Source: an uncultured Gammaproteobacteria bacterium (lineage in GTDB: Bacteria > Patescibacteriota > Patescibacteriia > Magasanikbacterales > GWA2-37-8). From it: a DNA stretch of 64,000 nucleotides. Below are positions 26,191 through 36,104 of this stretch, piece by piece. A program made the position numbers and the translations under genes. How positions within the stretch are numbered: the first letter of the stretch is position 1; each line of letters begins with the position of its first letter. Location: contig CAYHBZ010000002.1 in NCBI GenBank assembly GCA_964355175.1, forward strand, positions 396,537 through 460,536. The letters are read 5' to 3'. The notes under the pieces are model-generated. The model made no database searches and was not told where the DNA came from. It saw only the letters and a program-made list of their open reading frames with translations.

Positions 26191-27483
26191 CTAATCACTC
26201 CACTCCTTGGTTTGGCGCACCAATAATTTGGGAGCGTCGAGTGGTTCGGCCATCACTTCTTTGACAATTTTTTCCATGCGCATGCTCTGGGATCCTTTGA
26301 TGAGTACCACATCGCCTTGATTTAATTTTTCTTGAAGAAATTTTCCGGCCGTTTTGCTATCGGCAAAAGAGGCAATTTGATTATCATCCATTCCGGCTTC
26401 GCGCGCGGCGATAGCCGTATGTTTACTGGATTCGCCCACGGTAATCAGGAAATCTATTCCTAGTTCGGCAGTCTTTAAACCCACTTCACGATGAGTATTT
26501 TCCGTTTCTGATCCGAGTTCCAACATATCCGCCAACACCGTAATGCGTTTACCACCATCGTGGGGGGTGATTTTTGATAAAGTATAGAGCGCCGATTTTA
26601 CCGGCTCCGGACTGGAATTGTAGGTATCGTCGATGAGTAAAGTGTTTTTAATTCCATTGATAATGCACATGTGTCCAGGCAGTGGCTCTATTTTTCGAAG
26701 TGCGATAGCGGCTTCTACTACATTAATACCTAAGATATGTCCGACTGCTACCGCGGACAAAGCCGAAGGAATAAGGTGGACAGCGATTGCTCCCGGTAAA
26801 AACATCGGAACAATATTGCCGTCGTAATTTAGTTTGAAATTTAAGCCCGATGGCCAGCCGGTTTTTTCGTCGATAATAATATTGATATCAGTAGCCTGGA
26901 AAGTAGCACCATCTTTAAAACCAAAAGTGACCACTTCGGCTTTGGTGGTATTGCCATTTTGCATTACCATGTCATTGTCATAATTTAAAACCGCAAAACC
27001 ATCGCGTTGTAAATGTGAAATGATAATACGTTTTTCTTGAGCGATTTTTTTAATGGTTTTGAAAGTCTCGGTATGAGCGTGAGAAATATAAGTAAGCACA
27101 CCAATTTTACAAGGAGCAAGTTCGGTAAGGTAAGCAATATCTCCCGGTTTGTCAGCGCCCATTTCCAATACCAAAATTTCGGGATAATTTTTGTCGGTAA
27201 CGAGAAGCAGCTCAATGGCTTTTATTATCACCATTATCCAGCCGAACACTGAGCTATTTGGAGATTTTTCTACGCCAATAATTGCCAGCGGTATGCCAAT
27301 TTCGTTGTTGTAATTTTTAAAACTTTTGCGAACATTAAATTTGCTTTTCAAAACTAAATAGATTGCTTCCTTGGATGAAGATTTTCCAATCGAGCCGGTA
27401 ATGCCAATCACATCTGGATGATATTTCTGGATAATTTTTTTGGAGAGTGATCGTAGTATCAAATTTAAGAAATTTCTAAACAT
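26191..27483 (-). CDS. murF: UDP-MurNAc-tripeptide--D-Ala-D-Ala ligase
   Basis: Mur ligase P-loop GITGSIGKSS; position between PBP gene and mraY. Confidence 0.8.
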   Translation of the reverse strand: MFRNFLNLILRSLSKKIIQKYHPDVIGITGSIGKSSSKEAIYLVLKSKFNVRKSFKNYNNEIGIPLAIIGVEKSPNSSVFGWIMVIIKAIELLLVTDKNYPEILVLEMGADKPGDIAYLTELAPCKIGVLTYISHAHTETFKTIKKIAQEKRIIISHLQRDGFAVLNYDNDMVMQNGNTTKAEVVTFGFKDGATFQATDINIIIDEKTGWPSGLNFKLNYDGNIVPMFLPGAIAVHLIPSALSAVAVGHILGINVVEAAIALRKIEPLPGHMCIINGIKNTLLIDDTYNSSPEPVKSALYTLSKITPHDGGKRITVLADMLELGSETENTHREVGLKTAELGIDFLITVGESSKHTAIAAREAGMDDNQIASFADSKTAGKFLQEKLNQGDVVLIKGSQSMRMEKIVKEVMAEPLDAPKLLVRQTKEWSD

Positions 27484-27499
27484 ATTCTATAGGGTTATT

Positions 27500-29227
27500 T
27501 TATTTATCATTTGGTACCGCGTAGTATTGCAGAGCAAAAGTAAGTAGATCACGAAATATTGGTAGGGTAGTCTGCTCCGCCCACTGACGCTGGGGCTCTT
27601 CATATTTTACCACCAAAACAAATTGTGGGTTAGAGGCGGGTGCAAAACCAGCAAAGGTGTGGTTGGTGCGATCCACACTATATTTGCCCGCTTCGGCAAT
27701 TTGAGCGGTACCGGTTTTGCCGGCCACATAATAGCCAGGGATCTTGGCAGCGCGGTAATGGTTTTCCACCACTGATACTAGCATACCACTAACTAACTTG
27801 GCAGTGCGAGCCGAGATTACGGATTCGGAAGTCAAAGGGGAAGTGATTTCTTTTTTCCCATCGGGATAGTGCACTTCCGAAATGATATATGGTTTTGGCA
27901 TGAGGCCTTGGTTCGCTATAGCAGAATAAGCGGAAGCGAGTTGCAATGGAGTAGCGGTGAGACCCTGGCCAAATGATCCTACGGCGGCATAGATCTGACC
28001 TTTTTTGTCCAGCGAAGAAATATCCGCACCAGATTCAGGAGATAGTTCAATGCCGGTTTTTTGGCCAAAGCCAAATTTTTTAGCGTAATCAGACAAGCGT
28101 TCGTGACCAAGTTTATCGGCCACAAACATCATCCCGGTATTTACCGAGTTTTCCAAGACCTGAGTCATATTTATAGTGCCGTAACATTTATTTTGAGCGT
28201 TGCGAATTGGGAAGCCGCCATACACGCGCACGCACGGATCGGTAAAAGTGGTGTTGGGTGAAATCAGGCCGAGGTCTATGCCGGCCGACATAGTGATAGG
28301 TTTAAAAACCGATCCTGGTTCATAAGGAGTAAAAATAGCGGTGTTGTTGTACTGTCGAATATCTTTTACTTGTGAATAATCGTTCGGATTAAAATCCGGC
28401 AGACTGCACATCGCTAGGATAGCGCCGGTCTTTGGATTCATCATTACCAGTGACGCGCTTTTGGCTTGGTATTCTTCCAAACCTTTTTGTAATAGCAAAC
28501 AAGCTTTGTATTCTAGGCTACGGTCTATGGTTAGCACTATGTCCGCGCCGTCTTGAGCGTTCACTTGAGAATGGTCTGACATGGCTACCAAACTACCAAA
28601 AGCGCCGCGTTCACCAATGGCAAAACCTTTGCGTCCGGATAAAATTTTATTCCAATAACCTTCGGTGCCGTAGCTGCCGATTTGTTCGGTGCCGCTGTCG
28701 TCTAGTCGGCAAAAGCCCAAAATTGGACCGGCTAAATTTTGTTCGGGATAATAACGGTATTCCTGTTCGTTGGCATAAATTCCCGGTAATTTTTCCGTTT
28801 TTAATTTTTCGTAAGTATCACTATCAATTTTTTTGGCAACCGGTTCGTAGAGGTCGTTACTTTTGGATAATTTTTTATTTAAAATTTCTCGATCGGTTTC
28901 TGGCAAGTTTAATATTTTTATTAATTTGTCCACGGTCATGGCTATCTCTTCCGGTTTTATATTTTTGGGTATAGCATAAATTAGATAATATTGGCGATTG
29001 ATAGCCGCCGGGAAAAGAGTTTTGGTGCGAGTATCTTGGAAAAATATTTCTCCGCGTTTGGGGTGAAGTTGTTTGTAAATTTCATGGCTGTTTAGTGCCA
29101 GAGTGTGATAATAATTATATTGTACTATTTGCAACAAAAATAATTTGATAATTATTATCAAAGCTACCGCTAAAAAGAAAACAGCGATAAAACGTAAACG
29201 GTTATCAGTTTTTTCTTTGTGCGTCAT
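27500..29227 (-). CDS. class B penicillin-binding protein (FtsI/PBP2-type transpeptidase)
   Basis: N-terminal TM; SVFKP (SxxK), SVN (SxN) and KTGT motifs. Confidence 0.85.
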   Translation of the reverse strand: MTHKEKTDNRLRFIAVFFLAVALIIIIKLFLLQIVQYNYYHTLALNSHEIYKQLHPKRGEIFFQDTRTKTLFPAAINRQYYLIYAIPKNIKPEEIAMTVDKLIKILNLPETDREILNKKLSKSNDLYEPVAKKIDSDTYEKLKTEKLPGIYANEQEYRYYPEQNLAGPILGFCRLDDSGTEQIGSYGTEGYWNKILSGRKGFAIGERGAFGSLVAMSDHSQVNAQDGADIVLTIDRSLEYKACLLLQKGLEEYQAKSASLVMMNPKTGAILAMCSLPDFNPNDYSQVKDIRQYNNTAIFTPYEPGSVFKPITMSAGIDLGLISPNTTFTDPCVRVYGGFPIRNAQNKCYGTINMTQVLENSVNTGMMFVADKLGHERLSDYAKKFGFGQKTGIELSPESGADISSLDKKGQIYAAVGSFGQGLTATPLQLASAYSAIANQGLMPKPYIISEVHYPDGKKEITSPLTSESVISARTAKLVSGMLVSVVENHYRAAKIPGYYVAGKTGTAQIAEAGKYSVDRTNHTFAGFAPASNPQFVLVVKYEEPQRQWAEQTTLPIFRDLLTFALQYYAVPNDK

Positions 29228-29228
29228 G

Positions 29229-30233
29229 TTAACTGATATTTTTTAGGAAATCTTTTAAGACCAGTTCTGGCTTTGCTCCGTTCCAAACAATTTCATGGAC
29301 AACTTTGGCTAGCGGCATGGTGACGCGGTATTTTTTGGCCAAAGCCAAAACGGTTTTGCAAGTTTCGACACCCTCTACGGTTTGGCCGATAGCTTTGGCA
29401 GCTTGTTCTTTGTTTAAATATTTTGGCAAACAGGCGCCAAAGCGACGGTTGCGGGAATGCTCGGACATCGCGGTGCCGATGAGATCGCCGAGTCCGGCCA
29501 AATCATAGACGGTTTTTTCGTGTCCGCCCATTTTTTTCACCAAGGTGGAAATTTCTTTGAGGGCGGAAACAAAAATTGCGGCCTTGGTATTCATCGGATA
29601 GTCATAACAGTCGCACAATCCGATAGCGATAGCATAAACATTTTTGAGAGAGCCGGCTACTTCGGTGCCAACCAAATCATCACTTTTTATCAGACGCAAA
29701 TTATCATTTTCCAAAACTTTTTTGGTGAGCGCGACGGCGGATTTGGCGCCGGCAATATTCATGGCGGTAAAATAATTTTTTACCATGTCGGTCGCTACGG
29801 CCGGACCGGAAATTACCACAATATTATTTCGCAGGTTGGATGGTAAATTGCGAGATATTATTTTGGAGACAGTGGATAGACTCATGCTGTCGAGCCCTTT
29901 GGAAGCATTAACGCAGACAGTTTTTTTGGAAAGATAAGGGGAAATTTTTTTTGTCACCTCGCCAATAAATCCACTCGGCACGGCTAAAAATATTATGTCA
30001 GTTTTGGAAACAGCAGTGAATAATTCTTTTTCTACTTTGATGTTTTTGGATAATTTTATTCCCGGTAAATATTTTTTATTTTCACCAGTTTGGCTGATCT
30101 GATTTAGTGGTTCTACATCACCTTCGTAGTTCCATAGTCTTGCTACGAAGCCATTGTTGGCAATTATATTTGCCAAAGCGGTGCCCATGTTGCCGGCACC
30201 GAGCACAGTGACTGAAATATTTTTTGTTGCCAT
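29229..30233 (-). CDS. gpsA: NAD(P)H-dependent glycerol-3-phosphate dehydrogenase
   Basis: VTVLGAGNMGTALA dinucleotide fold and overall GpsA-like sequence. Confidence 0.85.
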   Translation of the reverse strand: MATKNISVTVLGAGNMGTALANIIANNGFVARLWNYEGDVEPLNQISQTGENKKYLPGIKLSKNIKVEKELFTAVSKTDIIFLAVPSGFIGEVTKKISPYLSKKTVCVNASKGLDSMSLSTVSKIISRNLPSNLRNNIVVISGPAVATDMVKNYFTAMNIAGAKSAVALTKKVLENDNLRLIKSDDLVGTEVAGSLKNVYAIAIGLCDCYDYPMNTKAAIFVSALKEISTLVKKMGGHEKTVYDLAGLGDLIGTAMSEHSRNRRFGACLPKYLNKEQAAKAIGQTVEGVETCKTVLALAKKYRVTMPLAKVVHEIVWNGAKPELVLKDFLKNIS

Positions 30234-30242
30234 ATTAGATTT

Positions 30243-31292
30243 TTAAACTTTATCTTTATTGGCCAACTGTCCGCAGGCGGCGGCGATATCCAGACCTTGT
30301 GAACGACGCACGGTGCAGACAATATCTTTGTCGTTCATTTTTTGTTGCCAATGTTTGATGGTTTCCATCGGAGTGGTACCAAAAAAATCATTACTGCTAG
30401 CCGGATTGTAAGGGATCAGGTTCACGCGTACGGAGCCCATTTTGTGAACTAGTTTTATGAGAGCGTCGAGATTTTTTGGAAAATCGTTGACGCCACCAAG
30501 CATGATATATTCAATGCCGATAAAATGCGTGCGACTAGGAAAGGCTTTGTGATAACGGCGCGCCCAGTCTACCAAAAATTCCAAAAAGTCACTGCGGTTG
30601 GAAGGCATGATGGAAGTACGGTTTTCGTTGATGGCGCTGTGGAGTGACAAAGCAAAACGGACCGGTGGCCAATTTTTATCATCTACCATTTTGTCCATCG
30701 TAGTGGCCAAGCCGACGGTGGATACTGTAATTTTGCGTGGACCCATTTTGGCGGCCTTGATCAAAATATTAATAGCCTGTTTTACATTGTTATAATTTAA
30801 GAGTGGCTCACCTTGGCCCATAAAAACAATGTTATCTACTTCACCTTCGTTATTTTTCCATAGTATTTGTTGCCAGTAGCGCATCTGATCCACAATTTCG
30901 CGATAAGTAAGATTGCGCGCAAAACCCATTTTACCGGTAGCACAAAAAGTACAGGCCATCGGACAGCCAACTTGAGACGATACACAAATAGTATAGCGCG
31001 GACGATCCCCAGGAATCATTTTTTTGCTCACACGCGGCATCAGCACACTCTCGATTACTTTGCCGTCACTAAATTCTAGCAAGGCTTTGCGAGTGCCGTC
31101 GATTTTGCTCTGCAATAATACTTTTTCTTTTACTGTCACCCAAGGAATGTCCTTGAGCTTGGCGCGTAGATCTTTGGATAGGGTAGTGATCTCTTCAAAC
31201 GAATTTATTTTTTTATCAAACCAGGATAAATAAATTTGTTGGCGGCGAAAGGCCGGTTCGTCTTTGAGGATTTCTTCTAAATTATCGTTCAT
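30243..31292 (-). CDS. rlmN: 23S rRNA/tRNA adenine-C2 methyltransferase (radical SAM)
   Basis: CPMACTFCATG cluster motif and RlmN-like N-terminal domain. Confidence 0.85.
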   Translation of the reverse strand: MNDNLEEILKDEPAFRRQQIYLSWFDKKINSFEEITTLSKDLRAKLKDIPWVTVKEKVLLQSKIDGTRKALLEFSDGKVIESVLMPRVSKKMIPGDRPRYTICVSSQVGCPMACTFCATGKMGFARNLTYREIVDQMRYWQQILWKNNEGEVDNIVFMGQGEPLLNYNNVKQAINILIKAAKMGPRKITVSTVGLATTMDKMVDDKNWPPVRFALSLHSAINENRTSIMPSNRSDFLEFLVDWARRYHKAFPSRTHFIGIEYIMLGGVNDFPKNLDALIKLVHKMGSVRVNLIPYNPASSNDFFGTTPMETIKHWQQKMNDKDIVCTVRRSQGLDIAAACGQLANKDKV

Positions 31293-33793
31293 ATTTTTTT
31301 AGGTCTTAAGGCCAATCCGGTCAAGATCATAGCGGATATGGAAATGGTGATTAAAGCTAAGAATTGATTTTGATTTATTTTTACAAGGTGAAATATTTCT
31401 CTGAGCTGTGGTATCGACATTATGAGCGTGAGAGCTATGATTGTTAGTACCCAAATGCTCATCAACAGGAAATTATGTTTTATTTGTTCCCATTCGCGGG
31501 TGACCATTATTAGTGTGACCTGGGTGATGGTGAGCGAGGCAAAAGTAAAGGTGCGGGCCATATCAGTATCATGTCTATAAAGGGCGTGGTAGCAGTAAAA
31601 ACTAGCCGCCACGGCCGTGATAGCCAATCCTTGAATAATAACTTTTTTAAATAGTTTGGGATTTATTAGCGGTTCTTTAATTGGTCGGGGTTTTTCGGTC
31701 ATGAGGCCTTTGCGGGCTCGATCGCGTTCAAATCCTATTACGGAAGCGGGGTCGCAGAATAATTCCAGGAATACTACATTGATAGGGAAGAAGACCAATG
31801 GTTCGCCCAGGATCAGAGGAAATATAGCCATAGCCACTATCGGAATATGAAAAGAAAATAAAAAGACAAAAGCTTGGCGCAGATTATCATAGATGCGACG
31901 TCCTTCTTGTATGGCACTGACGATAGTATTGAAATTATCATCAAGTAAAACTATGCCGGCAGCGGCCCGAGCCACTTCGGTGCCTTTTTCGCCCATAGCG
32001 ATACCGATGTTGGCTTTTTTTAGAGCAGGGGCATCGTTCACTCCATCGCCGGTCATGGCTACAATTTCACCTTGTTTTTGCAGAGCTTCCACAATTTGAT
32101 ATTTTTGTTCCGGTTTGACACGAGAAAAAATATCGTGGTTTCGGACAATTTCGTCGAATTGATCGGCGGAAATATTTTCCAATTCATGGCCGATAATTAT
32201 TTTTTCGTTGTGTTTTAGTCCAATAGACACGGCGATATTTTTGGCGGTCAGATGATTATCACCGGTAATCATGATTACACGGATGCCGGCTTTTTGACAG
32301 ATGTCGATAGCTTCCTTCACATTAGCGCGCGGCGGATCGCTCATCGCTAGCAAGGCCACAAATTCCAGATCATATTTTTCAATTTGTTTTTTGTCTCCCA
32401 GATTTTTTTGGGCAATCGCGATTACGCGGTAGCCTTGTTCAGCCAAAGCTTCGTATTTTTTTTGGATTTCATCTTTTTCGATGACGGATAAATTTGATTT
32501 GGCAATAATAGATTCGGGAGCGCCGGCACTATATTGAACTGAAATTTTTTCAGGATTTTGAAATAGGTGATGAAGAGTCTTGGTGGTGGATTCAAAGGGG
32601 TGGGTCTCGAGATGAGCGTGTTCGTTGAAATGGTTGGTGGTATCAATGCCGAGACTGGTGGCAAATCTCTGCACTTCTACTTCCATCGGATCGGCGGCGA
32701 TGCGTTCGAGCGACAATAGAGTTATTTTCATTAATTCCTTTAGATCTTCTCTGTTGGTCGCAAAATCTTTTTTACTATAGTTTTTATTTTGATAAAAAAT
32801 TTCTTCCAAAGACATTTTGCCTTCAGTGAGCGTGCCGGTCTTGTCGGTGCAAATTACGGTAGCCGATCCCAAAGTTTCTACCATCGCCATTTCGCGCACC
32901 AAAGCTTTTTGTTTGGTCATGCGCCATACGCCCATGATGAGAAATACACTGAACACAATCGGAAATTCTTCCGGTATCAGAGCCATAGCCAAAGTGACCG
33001 AGCCGAGTAGTCCATTTACCAAAGAAGTTTTTAAAGCAATTAAAATACCGACCAAAAAAGAGGTGCTGATGGCGATGATAGCCACGCTCTTTATTAGTCG
33101 GCGAATATTTTTTTGTAGAGGAGTGTCCAAGCGTTCGATATTTTCCAATAAATTTCCCAGTTTGCCATAGGCAGTATGGGCGGCCGTGTCGGTGACCAAC
33201 AGGTAACCTTCGCCTTGAGCGATTAAAGTTCCTTGAAAAAGTTTATTTTCTTCGGTTATTTTTTGCAGGTCTTGGGTGGAATTTTTGGAAACTACTATCG
33301 ATTCACCGGTTAGCATTGATTCGTCTACCAATAAACCGACCGAATCTAGCAAAACACCGTCCGCCGGAGCTTTGTCGCCGGCATTTAGATACACCAGATC
33401 ACCCGGTACTAAATTTTTTATTTCAGTTTTTTGGATTTTTTCATCGCGAAATACGCGGCAAAAATCTACTACAATTTTATCCAATGCTTCGATGGCTTTG
33501 TCCGTGCGTCTTTCTTGAATAAATTCAATAATTAAAATTGGAACAATTGAAACCAGCAATATGATGGTATCCACATGGTCGCCCAAAAAAAGATAGGCCA
33601 AAGCGGCTATAAACAATAACAAGATCATCGGCTCGGAAATTATCTTGGCCAGACGCTTGAAACTACTTTGTTTTTTCTTGGCGGGACGCAAATTCAGACC
33701 GTATTTTGCCAAGGCAATTTTATATTGCTCAGAAGACAGGCCTTTGTATTTTGTTTTTAACGCTAAAACTGCTTCCAAAATTTCGGTATTCAT
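31289..33793 (-). CDS. cation-transporting P-type ATPase (type II-like)
   Basis: DKTGTLT, MITGDN and GDGVNDAPAL motifs; 834 aa. Confidence 0.9.
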   Translation of the reverse strand: MNTEILEAVLALKTKYKGLSSEQYKIALAKYGLNLRPAKKKQSSFKRLAKIISEPMILLLFIAALAYLFLGDHVDTIILLVSIVPILIIEFIQERRTDKAIEALDKIVVDFCRVFRDEKIQKTEIKNLVPGDLVYLNAGDKAPADGVLLDSVGLLVDESMLTGESIVVSKNSTQDLQKITEENKLFQGTLIAQGEGYLLVTDTAAHTAYGKLGNLLENIERLDTPLQKNIRRLIKSVAIIAISTSFLVGILIALKTSLVNGLLGSVTLAMALIPEEFPIVFSVFLIMGVWRMTKQKALVREMAMVETLGSATVICTDKTGTLTEGKMSLEEIFYQNKNYSKKDFATNREDLKELMKITLLSLERIAADPMEVEVQRFATSLGIDTTNHFNEHAHLETHPFESTTKTLHHLFQNPEKISVQYSAGAPESIIAKSNLSVIEKDEIQKKYEALAEQGYRVIAIAQKNLGDKKQIEKYDLEFVALLAMSDPPRANVKEAIDICQKAGIRVIMITGDNHLTAKNIAVSIGLKHNEKIIIGHELENISADQFDEIVRNHDIFSRVKPEQKYQIVEALQKQGEIVAMTGDGVNDAPALKKANIGIAMGEKGTEVARAAAGIVLLDDNFNTIVSAIQEGRRIYDNLRQAFVFLFSFHIPIVAMAIFPLILGEPLVFFPINVVFLELFCDPASVIGFERDRARKGLMTEKPRPIKEPLINPKLFKKVIIQGLAITAVAASFYCYHALYRHDTDMARTFTFASLTITQVTLIMVTREWEQIKHNFLLMSIWVLTIIALTLIMSIPQLREIFHLVKINQNQFLALITISISAMILTGLALRPKKI

Positions 33794-34000
33794 ATCGGAT
33801 ATTCTATCAGAAATAAGGGTATTTTACAAGGAATAAAAAATACCCTACCAAAGGTAAAGTATTTTTATAATAATGCCTATTTTACCGAGATCTCCTGTTA
33901 AATTTTTACCAATATATTTGATAAAGATTTAGCATTGGGAGATCTTGGTGGACCGCGACCTCCCAACGCCAGACTTGCGTCGGTCTGTCGGTAGGCGAGT

Positions 34001-34354
34001 CTACCAGGCGCCCATGGGCTGAGACGTAGGCTTGGCGACTTCCAGTTCCTGGGCCGTGGCCAGACGCGCTCCGGCACAGGTGCCCAGCACCCACTGGATC
34101 ACGAGCAGGTCACCGACCTTGGTCTCCTTGGGGACGAACAACGGGAAGCCGCTGCGGTCCTCGTCGGCTCCGCGCTTGTGTTCGTTCTCTGCGAAGTAGC
34201 GATGGCCGCTCTTGTCGCTACGTCCGAGCACGTAGAAGATCGGAGTCTCCGGATGCTGGTCGGCGTTGTTGCTGTCGCGACGGATGAGTTTGCCTTGGGG
34301 TACAAAGATACCGACACCGGTTTCGAGCCGGAAGACACCGTGAAAGATAAGCAT
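34001..34354 (-). CDS. GC-rich cassette F: 117-aa soluble protein, no recognised family
   Basis: AAGGA 6 nt before ATG; GC3-biased frame on minus strand; own promoter and leader hairpin. Confidence 0.6.
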   Translation of the reverse strand: MLIFHGVFRLETGVGIFVPQGKLIRRDSNNADQHPETPIFYVLGRSDKSGHRYFAENEHKRGADEDRSGFPLFVPKETKVGDLLVIQWVLGTCAGARLATAQELEVAKPTSQPMGAW

Positions 34355-34401
34355 TGATTGTCCTTGAGTTGCATCAACCGAAACGCTCGGCTGATATGAT
34401 G

Positions 34402-34430
34402 TATATACACTGATTTTAGCAAAAAGTCAA
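34402..34430 (-). promoter_or_regulatory. sigma70-like promoter of cassette F
   Basis: Minus strand TTGACT (34430-34425), 17-nt spacer, TATATA (34407-34402). Confidence 0.5.
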
Positions 34431-34502
34431 TGGTAAATTGGTTTTTTGAGATAATAAAATAAAAAATCCCCTATTTTATTAGGAGATTTTAGTTTTAATT
34501 TT

Positions 34503-35906
34503 TTAAGAAAAATATTTTTTTTCCAGCGATTTTATTTTTTCACTCAGTTGGTCTATGGAAAGTGGTGGATTAATCTGAGATTTTTCTAGTAACTCGATTA
34601 TTGTTTTTAGCAGTTGTTTGGCGCCGGGTATAATATGATTATTACGATCTTCCGCGTATGATAAGCGCAGATAGCCACTTCCGCCACTGCCAAAATCGCT
34701 GCCTGGTATGGCCGCAAAGCCTTTTTCTTGTAGTAGCCAGCGGCTGAAATCTTTATCATTTTTTATTTTTAGATCTTCAGCCACATATTTTAATTTCAAA
34801 ATGTTTTCAATATTTGGAAACAAATAAAAAGCGCCCTCGGCTTGATTTGGTAAGATAAAAGGGGAGAGCAGTGAGAGAGATTCGAATAAAAATTTACCTT
34901 TTTTCTCGTACTCGGCAAAATCGGTTTGTAAAATTGGTTCAATTTTTTCGCGTACCGATGGATAGTGGCATCCGTCCAAATCGACATCGCCAAAAATCGT
35001 GCCCGCCACAATCTGGTTGGCGCGACTGACACAACTCCATTTATTTACTGCGAGTTGTCCGAAAATTTCTATGAGCCACTCGGGTGCTATCACAAATCCC
35101 ACACGCCAGCCGGTCATCGCATAATTTTTGGAACAACCATTGAGATTGATAGTAAAATCAAGCATGCCCGGCACCGATAAAATGCTAAAATGCTTGCGAC
35201 CGTCAAAAGTAATTTGATCGTAAATGTCATCAAACACCACCATGAAGCGATATTTTTTGGCCAGTTCGGCCACAGCGCGCAATTTTTCTTCGCCCATCAT
35301 CATGCCGGTCGGATTTTGCGGCGTGTTGAGAAAAAGTAATTTTATATTTTTATTTTCCAATAAGATTTTTTCCAAATCCGATACATTAAAATCCAAAGTT
35401 TTATCATCCGGATTTTGTCGGGCTGTCCATTCCAAAGGTTTTTTGCGCGTATAAAAATTAGAGAGCGAAGCGTAGATAGGATACGAAGGATTTTGGACAA
35501 TAATTTGATCATCTTTATTCACCAAAGCTTGCAAAGATAATTCAATTGCCGGTTTGCCGCCCGGTTCAAGCAAAATATTTTCTTTTTTAATTTCCACCCC
35601 ACGCGTAGTCGTCCAAAATCGCGCAATGTTTTCGCGCACCTGCGGATACCCCAAGAAATGCCCATATTTGGTCTGCTTATCTCGAAGAGCCTGAATCGCC
35701 ACCTCAATAATCGGTTCCGGAGTCTTTGGACCAGTATCCCCAATATGAAATTTATAAACAGTCAAAAACTTTTTCGAAGCCTCCACTTTCGCCACCTCCA
35801 CCCCAAAAGCAAACGAAGATTCATCCCCCAAAAAATTCAAATCACGATTATAATCCACCTTCGGAGACATTTCATCATTATTCAAAAATTTCGCAGACAA
35901 TTTCAT
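34503..35906 (-). CDS. class I/II aminotransferase
   Basis: NTPQNPTG and SKNYAMTGWRVG (PLP Lys) motifs; ATG at 35906. Confidence 0.8.
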   Translation of the reverse strand: MKLSAKFLNNDEMSPKVDYNRDLNFLGDESSFAFGVEVAKVEASKKFLTVYKFHIGDTGPKTPEPIIEVAIQALRDKQTKYGHFLGYPQVRENIARFWTTTRGVEIKKENILLEPGGKPAIELSLQALVNKDDQIIVQNPSYPIYASLSNFYTRKKPLEWTARQNPDDKTLDFNVSDLEKILLENKNIKLLFLNTPQNPTGMMMGEEKLRAVAELAKKYRFMVVFDDIYDQITFDGRKHFSILSVPGMLDFTINLNGCSKNYAMTGWRVGFVIAPEWLIEIFGQLAVNKWSCVSRANQIVAGTIFGDVDLDGCHYPSVREKIEPILQTDFAEYEKKGKFLFESLSLLSPFILPNQAEGAFYLFPNIENILKLKYVAEDLKIKNDKDFSRWLLQEKGFAAIPGSDFGSGGSGYLRLSYAEDRNNHIIPGAKQLLKTIIELLEKSQINPPLSIDQLSEKIKSLEKKYFS

Positions 35907-35927
35907 ATCCAATTTAAAGTATAAAGA

Positions 35928-36104
35928 AAATAAATATTTCCCCTGAACGAGCCGCTGAAAATCCGAGCAAATAATTTGTGAGCCGACGAGGCGTCTCTGG
36001 CCGTGCTGTTTGAGGAGCCGCGCGACGAGTTCACGGCCAGAGTCTCGACGGGTTGCAAATTATGCGAAGATTTTCACAGGCGAGAGAAGGGGAAATATTT
36101 ATTT
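35928..36104. repeat. palindromic GC-cored intergenic element E2
   Basis: 16-bp perfect outer inverted repeat (35928-35943 / 36089-36104); core homologous to E1 with paired substitutions. Confidence 0.65.
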
